This document shows positions 1 through 14,633 of a stretch of 64,000 nucleotides of DNA, piece by piece. Every line of letters starts with the position of its first letter. The first letter of the stretch is position 1. The stretch spans positions 79,856,001 to 79,920,000 of the forward strand of contig OX597823.1 of NCBI GenBank assembly GCA_951406725.2, read 5' to 3'. The position numbers and the translations under genes are program-made. The notes under the pieces are model-generated. The model was not told the DNA's origin. It did no database searches and saw only the letters and a program-made list of their open reading frames with translations. The stretch is from Octopus vulgaris. Taxonomy: Eukaryota.

Positions 1-448
1 CGAGTCGCTCCCTTTTGAAGTTGGAAGCCTATTTACTGTTTTAGCATCACGTGCAGGATGGTGGTGGGTTATGTAATTTGAACTCACAGTACAGAGGACC
101 GGAAGAAATTCCACAAAGCATCTCATCCGACACTCTAAACATAGCGTCCCAAGTCAATCTATGGCCTTGAACATGTACATTATTTACCGATCCTGAAAAG
201 ATTATATTCAAATTTGATTTCGGCAGGATTTAAACACAGAGTGTACAGAGCTGAGACAAGTAGCTTAGGGTTAGGGGATTCTAGCCGAGCTCTGAGAACT
301 CTGCCCGTTCAGCGTATTCTGGGTGACCAAACTACAAATTTCTAGTATATAGAATGAAATAAGTGCCACATTGTTATGATCGATTAAACCCATCGAAGGA
401 GGCAGTGAAGTATAACCACAGTTCAATACATGAAGCCAGAAAAAGAAA

Positions 449-450
<2 letters not shown>

Positions 451-547
<97 letters not shown>

Positions 548-581
548 ATCTATCTGTCTGTCTGTCAGTCTATCAGTCTAT

Positions 582-655
<74 letters not shown>

Positions 656-672
656 GTCTTTACCTATCTATC
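451..672. repeat. (TATC)n microsatellite
   Basis: Tandem TATC with a few TCTG/TCAG interruptions. Confidence 0.97.
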
Positions 673-790
673 TATCTTTATCTTTTGCTTATTGCAGATA
701 TTGCATTGCCGCCATGTTGCGTAACGCACACACATAGTCATAGTTATATAAACATGTATATATATGAATGTATGTTTATACAGGGGAGAC

Positions 791-827
<37 letters not shown>

Positions 828-971
828 AGCAGGGTGTTGTGCGTGTGTGTGCTCACATATGCGGTGAATGTAAAATCTGCACTCCTTTAAATTTCCACAA
901 ACTTATATATATGTGCGTGTGTGTGTGTGTGTGTGCGCGCATGTGTGTGTGTGTGTGTGTGTTTACATATA

Positions 972-1014
<43 letters not shown>

Positions 1015-1090
1015 ATACATACATATATATATTTATATATGCATGTAAATATGCATATATATATATATATATATACATATAAATATGCAC

Positions 1091-1139
<49 letters not shown>

Positions 1140-1596
1140 ACAAGGAGAGACACAGAGGCATATTTGCGTGTGCATGTGTGCCTACGTATGCGGTGTGTGT
1201 AAAATCTACACTCATTTATACATGTAGACAAATCTATGTATACATACATACATGTGTGTGTATGTGTGTATGCGTGTATGTGTGTACGTGTGTATGTGTA
1301 CGTGTGTATGTGTGCGCAAATGTGTGTGTGTGTGTGTGTGCATGTATGTGCGTTTGCGTGTATGTGTGTGTATGTATATGTATGTATGTAGAGACGTGTG
1401 TATACACGCGTCGGCTTGAAAAAGCTAAAAAGCTTTCTCCAATGTTTACTAACAGTTATTGTTGATGGTTATCATCAGAAATAATCTACGAAGGGTGTGA
1501 CGTGTCTGCATGTTTACATTAAAACACCGTCAGCATGAATTTTAGCCACGACGTAATGTGATATTATAGCATTACAGACGAGCGTATATATATGGG

Positions 1597-1629
<33 letters not shown>

Positions 1630-1829
1630 GGGGTGAGAGGAGAGAGAGAGGGCGAGAGGAGAGTGAAGGCAAGAGGAGAGAGAGGGCAAGAGGAGAGAGA
1701 GAGAGAGGGCAAGAGGAGAGAGGGAGAGGGAGAGGAGAGAGAGAGGTAGGGAGAGAGAGAGCGTTGTGAGAGAGGGGGCGGAAAGATGGAAGCCAGTGCT
1801 TTAGCAATAGAGTAAAACGTAAAAGATAA

Positions 1830-1884
<55 letters not shown>

Positions 1885-2063
1885 TGATAATAATAATGAT
1901 GATAATAATGATGATGATAATAATAATAATAAAAGTAATAACAATAATTCAACGATGTGATTAATCAGAATCTGAGCAATAAACTAAATATATATTTCGA
2001 TTAGCATATTTCAACATACGTGAAAGCTTTCATTTGGATTATAAGGCGATGTCAAACACACAC

Positions 2064-2129
<66 letters not shown>

Positions 2130-2238
2130 ATATACATGTACACGTATGTCTCTCTCTCCCTATATATATATTTATTACACGTGCATGTGTATGTATGTAT
2201 ATCTTTAAACATACGTACGTACTTATATATATATATAT

Positions 2239-2790
<552 letters not shown>

Positions 2791-2813
2791 GCAGAGTAAC
2801 AGAATGTGACACA

Positions 2814-2855
<42 letters not shown>

Positions 2856-2949
2856 GCATGAAGTTGCTATATAGCACATGAAGTTAACAAAGGAACTAAA
2901 ACAGGAATGATTATTTATTCATGTAAATATGTGTTTGTGTGCGCGTGTT

Positions 2950-3000
<51 letters not shown>

Positions 3001-3002
<2 letters not shown>

Positions 3003-3206
3003 TCTTTTATTTCTTTCAGTCATTTGACTGTGGCCATGCTGGAGCAGCGCCTTTAGTCGAACAAATGGTGCCCAGGACATATTCTTTGTAAGCCTAGTAC
3101 TTATTCTATCGGTGACTTGTGCCGAACTGCTAAGTTACGAAGGCGTAAACACGCCAGCACTGATTGTCAAGCGACGGTGGTGGGAGAAACACTGACACAC
3201 AAACAT

Positions 3207-3251
<45 letters not shown>

Positions 3252-3417
3252 GTTACGACGGGCTTCTTTCAGTTTCCGTCTACCAAATCCACTCACATGG
3301 GCTTGGTCGGCCTGAGGCTATAGTAGAAGACACTTGCCCAAGGTGTCACGCATTGGGACTGAACCCGGAACCATGTGGTTGAGAAGCAAGCTACTTACCA
3401 CACAGCCACTCTTGCGC
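3001..3417 (-). mobile_element. SINE family A
   Basis: Reverse complement of the 13690-14107 type copy, head to tail. Confidence 0.92.
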
Positions 3418-3426
3418 ATACGTGTA

Positions 3427-3464
<38 letters not shown>

Positions 3465-3466
<2 letters not shown>

Positions 3467-3835
3467 GTTTTATCGTCTCACTCATTAGACTGCCGCCTTA
3501 TTGGGGCACCACCGTGAGGAATTTTAGTCGAACTAATCGACCCCAGTATTTATTTTTTATTAAGACTGAAACGTATTTTATCGGTCACTTTTGAGAAAAC
3601 GCTTCGTTACGGGGATGTAAACATACCAACACTGGTTTTAAACGGTAGTTGTGGTGGTTGGGAGAGGGGTCAAGCAAAAACGCAAAGGCAACTTATATAC
3701 GACGGGCTTCTTTTAGTTTCCATATATCAAATCTATTCACAAGGCTTCATTCAGTCAGCCCGAGACTAAGTAACAGGGGCACTGAACCCGGAAGCATGTG
3801 ATTGGGAAGTAAACTTGTTACCACACAGCCACGCC
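3465..3835 (-). mobile_element. SINE family A, older diverged copy
   Basis: Diverged head (ccacacagccacgcc), gacgggcttc block and tail. Confidence 0.75.
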
Positions 3836-3878
3836 AATATAATTTCTTACTTGCTTCTCCAACATATACAACTTTCTG

Positions 3879-4396
<518 letters not shown>

Positions 4397-4420
4397 TTAA
4401 TAATAATAATAATAATAATA

Positions 4421-4971
4421 AATGCCCTGATGCAGTACCAGGCAGTGGCTCTCATGGCTTCTGATCTTAACTGATTGGAAGTGTTATCATGTACATTGTT
4501 TTGTCTTGGTAAAAGATGGGCTACAGCAAATATTCTGCTCAATACCACAGATTTGCTTGTCAGTTGTTTGACCTTAACCAGTTGAGCATGTCCCTTAGTG
4601 GCTGACGACATGTGCATCTCTGATCACGAGAAGTAGTGTGGGAGCATCATAGCTGTGTGTTGAGAGGGATTCTTTGGGGTTTGAATAATTCACCTCTGGA
4701 AACATGGGTGGTTCTTTCAACATCCTTAAACAATCATTATTCAGGGACCTTTTGAGCGGGATGGGCTACTCAACCTGAAGAAATTTCTAACTGGGCCCCA
4801 CCTGCAAGGTCATGTGCTGTTTATCTTGATATGAGATCACCATGTCGCGCACATATGGTCGTGATGCATGTGCCTGGTGTACCCTTATCAGACGGTTAGT
4901 CATGATGGTATACTGGGCTTCGTATATTTTACCCCAGTGTCACTTTGATGGGATGTACTGCTCTCTCACTC
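4421..4971 (+). mobile_element. Element C, ~550-bp non-coding repeat in (AAT)n
   Basis: Near-identical to 11921-12477(-) and 16554-17064(+); (AAT)n on both sides. Confidence 0.9.
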
Positions 4972-5061
4972 AATAATAATAATAGAAGTAGTAGTAATAA
5001 TAATAATAACAACAACAACAACGATGATAATAATAACAACAACCACAACAACAACAACAAC

Positions 5062-5089
<28 letters not shown>

Positions 5090-5092
<3 letters not shown>

Positions 5093-5170
5093 TAAGGGAA
5101 TATTATTCCAAGCTTACAGGGAAAAATTCAATTTAGAAATACTAAATCAAATTTCACAAAATATAATATA
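5090..5170 (-). mobile_element. Terminal fragment of a second fold-back family
   Basis: cttacagggaaaaattcaatt...aaatcaaatttcacaa is the reverse complement of the tail at ~50088-50155. Confidence 0.65.
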
Positions 5171-5218
5171 TATATATATAAATTAGTTTTTCTAAGTTAT
5201 ATTATATAATATATATAT

Positions 5219-5720
5219 AAAGGGTATTACTATACATAAATGTCTTACGCTAGGAGGGACTCTTAAAGTCAAAACTACAATAATAAAGACATTTTGTATC
5301 GAACGCGAGGGAATGCAACTTACCTAGATATATAAGTGTGAACAATTCTATGTATTGTGGTGGATGCATTTTGGTGTTCGTCTGGTATGTTGATTTTTTT
5401 GTTCATTTTTATATGCCTTGACTATGCTTGCACTGACGATTAAAAAGTGCATTTTTTGCACTAATTATGAAATCATATGATCTGCAACTGAATCTGTTTT
5501 TAAAAGGCTCACTTTGAGATTGCATTCCCTCGCGTTCGGTTCAAAATGTGTTTATTATGGTAGTTTTTACTTTAAGAGTCCCTCATAGAGTGAGACGTTT
5601 ATGTATATTAATACCCTTAATATAAATAAATATATTTAAAGGGAATAATTTTTCCCTTATGAGGTTTTTCACGCTAACTGCTTGATAATTTCTTATAAAG
5701 ATTTTATCCTATTTTTAAAT
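5219..5720 (+). mobile_element. Fold-back element with hammerhead ribozyme, Penelope-pLTR-like
   Basis: ~100-bp inverted arms 5219-5318/5520-5618, hammerhead in spacer, tail ending in (TA)n. Confidence 0.78.
5428..5487 (+). ncRNA. Type I hammerhead ribozyme
   Basis: Stem I ttgca/tgcaa; CTGACGA 5433-5439; stem II taa..agtgca/tgcact..tta; GAAA 5469-5472; palindromic stem III ATCATATGAT; cleavage triplet ATC 5480-5482. Confidence 0.8.
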
Positions 5721-5858
5721 TATATATATTTATATACATACACACATAAAAAGTACCTTCTTGTTGTTGTTGACATTCCAATGAAGGAACCTAGAATCTA
5801 GGTAAGGAACCGGCTCTTTCCCTATTGGTAAGAAATCTTGAAATACAACTGAATATTG

Positions 5859-5889
<31 letters not shown>

Positions 5890-5928
5890 GATATATATAT
5901 ATATACATATATATGTATGTATATATAA

Positions 5929-5980
<52 letters not shown>

Positions 5981-6923
5981 GCATCTATGTATATATGGAG
6001 ACACACACACGTATATCTATACAACGTGCCTAAAATCTTTAATTCATTCTATTCACCCACTTGTATCTCTTACGATCTTACGATAGTAATTATAGAAATT
6101 CTACTGGCCAAAATTCTTCGTAATACGTTTCCTAGATGTAAAAATCCAAGTCCGATTCTCAAAGTAGGCTTCACTTGAAAAGACCATCCCTCGCTAATGA
6201 GCTCAAACCAGGATGGAACTAACCATTAGCTTCTTCTAACCCTACTAGCAAAAATTAGGTTTCCACTTTAACAACTTAAATTTTATTTTCTGTAAAATCA
6301 TTGATTATTTTCTATAAATTATCAACCATTATTTTCTATAAATTATCAACCATTATCACAGTTGCAACTGTGGTGTTATTTTTTTACTTACCAAACTAAG
6401 AGACAGATTTCAATAATTTAGAATAATTTTGTCTGCGCTATCTTATGAAACTGTAGCCTATTGGGCTGTACTATACATATATGTGTATATAGAGTGCAAC
6501 TGTATTTATACATTATACTTATAACACGATATACGTTGCTGTTGTATTTGTTTCATTTCTCTAAAAACGCACTCAGTATATGCATATGAGCTTTTATTAT
6601 ACAAATGTATAGATAACATCATTTGCTGTATTTATATATCTTATTTCGGTCTATTAGCATCACTTTCTTGCCTTTTCCTATTTCATAAACATCCATAATG
6701 GATGAGTCATACGAATCATATCAGGAGAATCACTTTCGAAGTTATGCTTATAGTACATGCATACACACACGTGCGTGCACACACGCACACGTACACACAT
6801 GCACATATATATGCATGTACTTATGTCTATGTATGTAATTTCATACCATATAATGTATACAATGCATGAATGCATGTACATATACATGCATGTACATGTG
6901 TGTCTGCATGTACATAAGTATAT

Positions 6924-6973
<50 letters not shown>

Positions 6974-7011
6974 GAGAGAGAGAGAGAGATAGAGAGAGAA
7001 AGAGATGGGTG

Positions 7012-7077
<66 letters not shown>

Positions 7078-7731
7078 GGTGTAGGTGGAAGTATATTCTT
7101 TCTTTTTTGTTTCAGTGCAGTACATGCGACCTTGTAGGGGTGACCCGTTCAAGGGTGACACATATGGATACCTAAATACCTTCTTTTATAGTCTGGTACT
7201 TATTCCATAGATCTATATGAGTTGCTTCACTAAGTTTCCTTTCAAACAGACACTGTTTAACCACTAGGAACATACACATAAATACGGATAGAGAAACAAA
7301 CACATATTCACATATACGACGAGTTTCCTCATATATTTCTTCTGCCAAAATTTTCTCGAAGACAGTGTCCAGCTCAGTATTATAACAGATTATATTTGCT
7401 GTTATAGATGTAACCCAGAACTGTAAATTGTAAAGGGAACTATCTAATCCGATGCGTTTGTGTGTGAATAAGCATGCATATGCGTTTATATACGTGTACA
7501 CAGTGCTATTGGTAACATGTAACTCTGTACAACATATGACATGGTCGGGCCGTCGGTGACAAAACCGACAACATTACCACCCCTGTCTGGTAAAAAGGGT
7601 GGCGTTTGGTGGACACCCTGCAAGTTAAAAAGCAAATCTTGTCAAAAGACGTATAAACTTGGTAGAGTCAATAGCTATCCCATAGCCGCGGTAGAGAGAC
7701 GTCTAGTCTTTCTTTAGACATCTCTGTAGAA

Positions 7732-7989
7732 CAGCGGTTCACAACCAATTTTTATCTATGGACCCCTTGATCCCTATTTCATTTGGGTGGACCATCATAA
7801 CCATACGATGTTTAAAAAAATCCTATTACATTTTTATAGTTAAATATTTTTAAGAAATGTATAAAAATTGTTAAAATTTTTTGTGTACTGTAGATGTTTA
7901 AACAAATCATTGCACACAAATTTTAACAAGGCCTTATACATACCCATCCCCTATCCAAGGGCCATATGGACCCCGTTTGATAACCATTG
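7732..7989. mobile_element. hAT (Charlie-like) MITE
   Basis: TIRs CAGCGGTTCACAAC / TTGATAACCATTG; subterminal tggacccc motifs; imperfect 8-bp TSD ctgtagaa/ctctaaaa of NTCTAGAN type. Confidence 0.75.
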
Positions 7990-8247
7990 CTCTAAAAGGA
8001 AATTGCGAACTTATACCCGCATCATTGTGTAGCCGGACATCTTGCACTTGATTGTTTCTGGTCTACTTGGTATTGTTGATGAGAGTTTTAGCGATGGCGT
8101 GCAAGATGTCGTTGACTTCAAATTTCCACACGGGCATTGTTGACAGCCGTTCTCTATGACATCTAGGTTAAGATAATTTGTCAGTGATAGTTATGCTCGT
8201 CTACGAGTTGAGAGCCACCATATGCATACACACACACACACACACAC

Positions 8248-8281
<34 letters not shown>

Positions 8282-8285
<4 letters not shown>

Positions 8286-8433
8286 GACGGGCTTCTTTCA
8301 GTTTCCGTCTATCAAATCAACTCATAAGGCTTTGGTTAGCCCGAGGCTATAGTAGAAGGTGCCACGCAGTTGGACTGAACCCAGAACCATGTGGTTGGTA
8401 AGCAAGCTACTTTACCACACAGCCACTCCTGCG
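8282..8433 (-). mobile_element. SINE family A, 5' half
   Basis: Head through gaagcccgtcg, ending at the internal microsatellite; CORE-like block partly deleted. Confidence 0.88.
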
Positions 8434-8434
8434 C

Positions 8435-8472
<38 letters not shown>

Positions 8473-9583
8473 TCTGTTCCGACGCCGAATGTTTCATATT
8501 TTTATAGGGCAAAACTGAACGGAACATTCTGAAAAGCACGAGCGATATCTTAAATTTGAATAAAGTAATAAAGTAACGTAATCTACCATATATATCGAGC
8601 ATGTATAACCCCTGCTTGTAAACTCGAGCACAAATATGTTTCCGTCTGTGTGTGTATGTGTGTGTGCGCGCCTGAAAAGAGACGATAGTATTTCGTTACC
8701 GAGTGTATATATCTGGTGTTGGTGCTTTTTAAAAACCTGAATAATAAGAAAGGTAAAGTTAATTTTGATGGGATTTGAACTAAGCAATAAATTTGGTAGT
8801 TACACACTCTCTCTTTTTCCCTTGCTTTCTTCCCACGCTCTCCCCACTCTCTTTTTTTCTGGTTCACACTTTCTCCTTCTCCCCTCTCTCTGTTCGTCAT
8901 TTCTATTGCCTTGGTGATTTTATTAATTGTATTAATAGTTTTTCTACGACCACAACATCTGTTCAAGTACAGTTTATCTTAATGGTAAATCGTTCTAAAG
9001 ACTTTACTATAAGACATAACAGATAAAACAGCATAAAAACCATCAAAAACCAACAGACATGTCATCAACTATATTTAGCGCCTCCATTCCTGTATCTACA
9101 CACCATTTGTCAGCGTGGAATTTTATATCAACACTTAAAAGGAACTAAAGAACAAACCAAAAATACAATAAAAGACAGCAAAACCATTTTGTTGTCATTC
9201 TCTCTATTGTCAAACGGATTTTAAATAGTTATACGTAAATCATAATTCTGACGCAGATTATTCAATTTGCTCAATTCATTGAGCACAGGTCATTGGAAGA
9301 AACTGAAAGCATTGAGCGATCGTCTCGAAATGAATGGGTAAGGTTCATTGCTCGGCATATTTCTCTGATAACCCAGATAGTTTAAATGACATTTCAGAAT
9401 TTCTAGGAAATCTGCGGCAGGTATTTTATTTTGTGTTGTGGATGTCTGAAGTGCTTGCTGAAGGTCTAGTAAAGAATAAGGATTAATGGACTGGTCGACC
9501 GAATAGCACATAAACGGGAATAAATGTTGCATGCACGACTACATAAGAATAAATAGTTAACCTTTAGATATCGGTCACACATA

Positions 9584-9663
<80 letters not shown>

Positions 9664-9708
9664 ATCAGCATGGCCGCAGCTCTGAGCTGAAACTAGAAAA
9701 AGAACACA

Positions 9709-9752
<44 letters not shown>

Positions 9753-9847
9753 CTTACACATGTGGACAGAGACAAATATATGTGTGTGTATTTGTGTATA
9801 TGAATGTGTTTATGTGTGTGTATGTATATATGAATACGCATAACCAC

Positions 9848-9901
<54 letters not shown>

Positions 9902-10476
9902 ATATAAATAATATATAAATATATGCATATATACATACATATATGTAAATACCTACATATATATGTATATATACATGCATATATGGGTACAGGACATAAA
10001 AAAAACGTTGAACACAATGAGAAAGGAAAACATAAAAACAAAAACATAGAAACGAACTTTTTTTCGAACAACGAAAAAAAACAAACAAACAGAGAAACGA
10101 AACATACAACATTAAGAATATCATAATGATGATTATAAATGATTATTATGATGATGATTGTGCCACAATATGTATAAATAGAAAACCCTTCTCTTATATT
10201 ACCCATTCCCCAAGACAAATTAAAGATATTTTGATTAGTAATAATTTCAAGGATAAAACATAACTGTAAAGATACAGCGATCTGCTGGACATTCAGATTT
10301 TCTGGCTTATAATCTTTTCTCTATGCCACTTTAACAATGAAAGAATAATCATACAGTTTATAGTATAACAGCTTAGTATCATTATAAGGTATGCCAAGCG
10401 AAGTACGTTAAATAATCGTGGAAAGTAGAAATATCATTATTTCTAATTCACTCTAAAGGAGACTACGGCAGCGGTG

Positions 10477-10765
10477 CTGGATATTAACGGTTATCGCCAA
10501 GCTAATATGGCAGTCCAGAAAATAGGACGAATGCTGCCGTTGATTAGCTTCAAGAGGCCATCGCCTCTAGTTAGCTATGTAACACGCAAACCTGTGTCCA
10601 TTATAACCTGCTGCTGACCTCTCCTGTTCGAAGGTTATAATGGACAAAGGCTTATGTGTCTCATAGCTAGCTAGAGGCGATGGCCTATTGGAGCTAATCA
10701 ACGGCAGCATTTGTCCTATTTTTCTGGACTGCCATGTTAACTTCGCGATAACTGTTAAAATCGAG
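10477..10765. repeat. Long inverted repeat (fold-back), ~130-bp arms
   Basis: Arms ~10480-10609 and ~10632-10762 complementary, ~22-nt loop. Confidence 0.9.
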
Positions 10766-10899
10766 GAAAAGCTATTCCAAAATAAAATGTAGTTCAAAGT
10801 ACAATTTCACTCCGTCTATACGGCTTTTTATATATAGAAACTGCCCAACGCTAGACACGGTGCAATAATTAACCTATTCAATTGCTTTTCCGCAAGTAT

Positions 10900-11847
10900 A
10901 TAAGATAAAATATATGTAATCTCCCGCCACGAGATCCAGTTCTTGTAGAGGGAGAGTAGATTATGTGCGTCAGTCACCCTGAGAGTTATGCCAGAAGAGT
11001 GTATGCTCTAGATAGAGCTTCATCAAATGCTGGATGAGTCAAATGGTAGATACCAGACTAATACGAGCCTCTTTCTATAGGTAAAAATGGGCTTGTGAAG
11101 GGCCAGCATTTTTAACTTGAAAAAAAAAAAACAGAAGGAAAAAGATACTGAAGCATCGATGGCGTTTCAAAATTGACAAAAACTGGGAGAAGAAGGTTTT
11201 CCCTCAGTCATAAAAAGAGTCCATAGTCGAGAATAGTGTGTAAAATTTGTAGATGGCCTGTCCTCTATAGAGAACGAAGAGCTTGAGAAAGTCAGTATTT
11301 ACAAGTTTAAACCAATAGATCACAAATGCAAAGAATATGAATTAGATGGAGAATAAAACACTGCGATACTTCCTCTGAAAGCATTTTTTTTTAATGTAGT
11401 CCGTTGCTCACAGTTCTCTACCAGTCGAGTAGGCAGAATTCTTCTGTACCTTGGCTATCGTGAAATAGGTTGTATGGTAGACAATATGAAAAGATATGAC
11501 TACAGAGACTCTATTTTTCATTGAATCTAGTACCAACTAAAAAGAAAAGTAAGAGTGGATCAGTTGATTTGCTGAAAGTCAGGTGAGAGTAGCAAGTATA
11601 GTCCAAGTAAAAGTGCTCCGTTCAGCTGTCTGGAGAAGACAGCTAAGACAGGCAATTAGCTTTTGACAGTAACGGTAACCTTGAATCTGTGATGTTCACT
11701 GATTGGATTCAGATTTTCATCTTCCTGTTATGTTTTATATTGTTTTTGTCTATGCTGTTATTTTTCATGTTTGTCCTACAATATTTTCGTAGCATTTGTA
11801 ATGTTCTTGCAAAGTCCTCACAACCTTCCCCCTTGTGGCCATAAAGA

Positions 11848-11850
<3 letters not shown>
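10900..11850 (+). pseudogene. Highly degraded 3' end of Tx1/L1-like LINE
   Basis: 11430-11570 resembles 32170-32300 and 32815-32945; ends ccccttgtggccataaagaatt; 5' limit uncertain. Confidence 0.45.
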
Positions 11851-11902
<52 letters not shown>

Positions 11903-11920
11903 GTTATTATTATTATTATT

Positions 11921-12477
11921 AAGTCAGAGAGCAGTGCATGTCATCAAAGTGACACTGGGGTAAAATATACGAAGCCCAGTATACCCATCATGACTACTCG
12001 TCTGATAAGGGTACACCAGGCACATGTATCACAACCATATGTGCGCGACATGGTGATCTCATATCAAGATAAACAGCGCATGACCTTGCAGGTGGGGCCT
12101 AATTAGAATTTACTTCTGGTCGAGTAGCCCATCCCGCTCAAAAGATCCCTGAATAATGATTGTTTAAGGGTGTTGAACGAAACACCCATGTTTCCAAAGG
12201 TAAATTATCCAAGCCTCTAAGAATTCCTTTCAACACACAGCTATGATGCTCCCCCACTACTTCTGCTCATGATCAGAGATACACGTATCGTCAGCCACTA
12301 AGAGACATGCTCAACTGGTTAAGGTCAAGCTAGTGACAAGCAAATCTGTGGTATTGAGTAGAATATTTGCTGTAGCCCATCTTTTATACCAAGACAAAAC
12401 AATGTACATGATAAAACTTCCAATCAGTTAAGATCAGAAGCCATGAGAGCCACTGCCTGGTACTGCATCAGGGCATT
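11921..12477 (-). mobile_element. Element C
   Basis: Reverse complement of 4421-4971 with the same termini; (ATT)n both sides. Confidence 0.9.
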
Positions 12478-12484
12478 ATTATTA

Positions 12485-12528
<44 letters not shown>

Positions 12529-12530
<2 letters not shown>

Positions 12531-12755
12531 GGCGACGAGTTGGCAGAAATGTCATTGCGCCGGGCAAAATGCTTAGCAGTATTTCGTTCGTCTTATCGTT
12601 CTGACTTTAAATTTCGCCGAGGTCGACTTCGCCTTTCATTCTTTCGAAGTCTATAAAATAAGTACCAACAAAGCTTTGGGATTGAATTAACAGACTACCC
12701 CGCTCACACCAAAGATTTCAGGCCCTGTACCAAATTTAGAAAGGGTTATTATAAT
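12529..12755 (+). mobile_element. SINE family B, old-tail subfamily
   Basis: aggcgacgagttggcagaa head, gcctttcattctttcg core, atttcaggcc..agaaagggttatt tail. Confidence 0.8.
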
Positions 12756-12804
12756 TATTACCGTTGTTGTTTTTTTTTCTTATTATTTTTTCATTATTAG
12801 GCAT

Positions 12805-13112
12805 TCTTTTCACTGCACCACTAGGCGGAGCTCTGTGAGCCGTGAATATATGCAGTGTTATAACTTTGCATGTTCTAATTGCATCGACTGAAACCTAATG
12901 TATGCAGTGCTAAGTAGTTCTATTTTCTGCATGCTGTGCACATTTGTATCCCTTGAGGTTTTGGGAAATATGTATTTGTCTGCATGGTTTTTCTATTTTC
13001 TTTCTTTCTTTCTTTTATTCATTCCCAAGACAGCAATTAATATAGGGGTTGTTTCTCTTTCCAATCCCCACTTTCTGATTTACCTCTATTTTCAGATTTT
13101 TATATTTGGATA
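12805..13112 (-). pseudogene. R4/Dong-type LINE RLE C-terminal fragment
   Basis: Minus-strand translation gives SKYKNLKIEV...TTPILI...MQKIELLSTAYI, matching the end of ORF 17136-17522. Confidence 0.65.
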
Positions 13113-13281
13113 ATTTCCTCACTTCTTTCCCACCCCCCACTTCTCCTCTACTTCCTCCTCGTCCGCCACCTCGTCGTCGTCGCTTTCGGCACCAACGCCA
13201 TCATCATTATACCACCACCAACACCACCACCACCACTACTCCTACTACTCTTACTACTCCTACTGCTACTACTACTACTAT

Positions 13282-13312
<31 letters not shown>

Positions 13313-13371
<59 letters not shown>

Positions 13372-13410
13372 TAACAATAAAAACAACAATAATAATAATA
13401 ACAATAATAA

Positions 13411-13483
<73 letters not shown>

Positions 13484-13487
13484 AATA
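13313..13487. repeat. (AAT)n tract preceded by (ACT)n/(ACC)n
   Basis: Direct reading. Confidence 0.95.
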
Positions 13488-13689
13488 CGCAAATTTAGCA
13501 GCACTGAAAATATCATTCCATGCAGACATTGAAATTAGAGAAGTAGTTCATAATCACCAATGCAAATACTTAGGATTAGACGAGACTGTTAAAGTACAAC
13601 ATGGAAGTGAAAGCGAAAATCAGGAGAGAAGAGTTAGACTAGTATTAAAAAGTGAACTATACGCTAGAAATGAAATATGTATAAATATA

Positions 13690-13860
13690 GGCGCAGGAGT
13701 GGCTGTGTGGTAAGTAGCTTGCTAACCAACCACATGGTTCCGGGTTCAGTCCCACTGTGTGGCATCTTGGGCAAGTGTCTTCTGCTATAGCCCCGGGCCG
13801 ACCAATGCCTTGTGAGTGGATTTGGTAGACGGAAACTGAAAGAAGCCTTTCGTATATATG

Positions 13861-13891
<31 letters not shown>

Positions 13892-14107
13892 ATGTTTGTG
13901 TGTCTGTGTTTGTCCCCCTAGCATTGCTTGACAACCAATGCTGGTGTGTTTACGTCCCCGTCACTTAGCGGTTCGGCAAAAGAGACCGATAGAATAAGTA
14001 CTGGGCTTACAAAGAATAAGTCCCGGGGTCGATTTGCTCGACTAAAGGCGGTGCTCCAGTATGGCCGCAGTCAAATGACTGAAACAAGTAAAAGAGTAAA
14101 AAGAGTA
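13690..14107 (+). mobile_element. SINE family A, young full-length copy
   Basis: Complete head, body and (GTAAAAGA)n tail. Confidence 0.95.
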
Positions 14108-14216
14108 AATACACAAGCCATCCAGTCATAGACTACAGCTTCAAAATAATGTACCGAAACATAGGTTAACTGAGAAAGTGAGATAGGAAAAATCAGGAAA
14201 GTACTGGCAGTATACC

Positions 14217-14633
14217 TATTTCTTTATTACCCACAAGGGGCTAAACACACAGAGGATAAACAAGGACAGACAAACGGATTAAGTCGATTACATATAGACC
14301 CCAGTGCGTAACTGGTACTTATTTAATCGACCCCGAAAGGATGAAAGGCAAAGTCGACTTGGCGGAATTAGAACTCAGAACGTAGCGACAGACGAAATAC
14401 CTATTTCTTTACTACCCACAAGGGGCTAAACACAGATAGGACAAACAAGGACAGATAAACGGATTAAGTCGATTATATCGACCCCAGTGCGTAACTGGTA
14501 CTTATTTTTATCGACCCCGAAAGGATGAAAGGCAAAGTCGACCTCGGGGGAATTTGAATTCAGAACGTAGCGGCAGATGAAATACCACTAAGCATTTCGC
14601 CCGGCGTGCTGACGTTTCTGCCAGCTCGCCGCC
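14217..14633 (-). mobile_element. SINE family B dimer
   Basis: Two tandem bodies, junction ~14401; 13-bp TSD ctggcagtatacc at 14204-14216 and 14639-14651. Confidence 0.93.

Noticed and set aside
5778-5828. Hammerhead-like ATGAAGGA-acctaga/tctaggt-AGGAACCGGCTC within ccaat/attgg
   Set aside because: Several core positions deviate; may be a decayed pLTR but cannot be called
6306-6356. 24-bp tandem duplication (a similar ~23-bp one at ~27150-27205)
   Set aside because: Ordinary slippage duplications
9289-9490. Possible exon between cag and gtaagg/gtattt
   Set aside because: No polypyrimidine tract, no recognisable protein, no partner exons
13664-14131. Recurrent ORFs such as RASFSFRLPNPLTR / GTEPGTMW and MRNWYLIYRPRKDE
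   Set aside because: Chance frames through SINE A and B copies; disrupted in other copies
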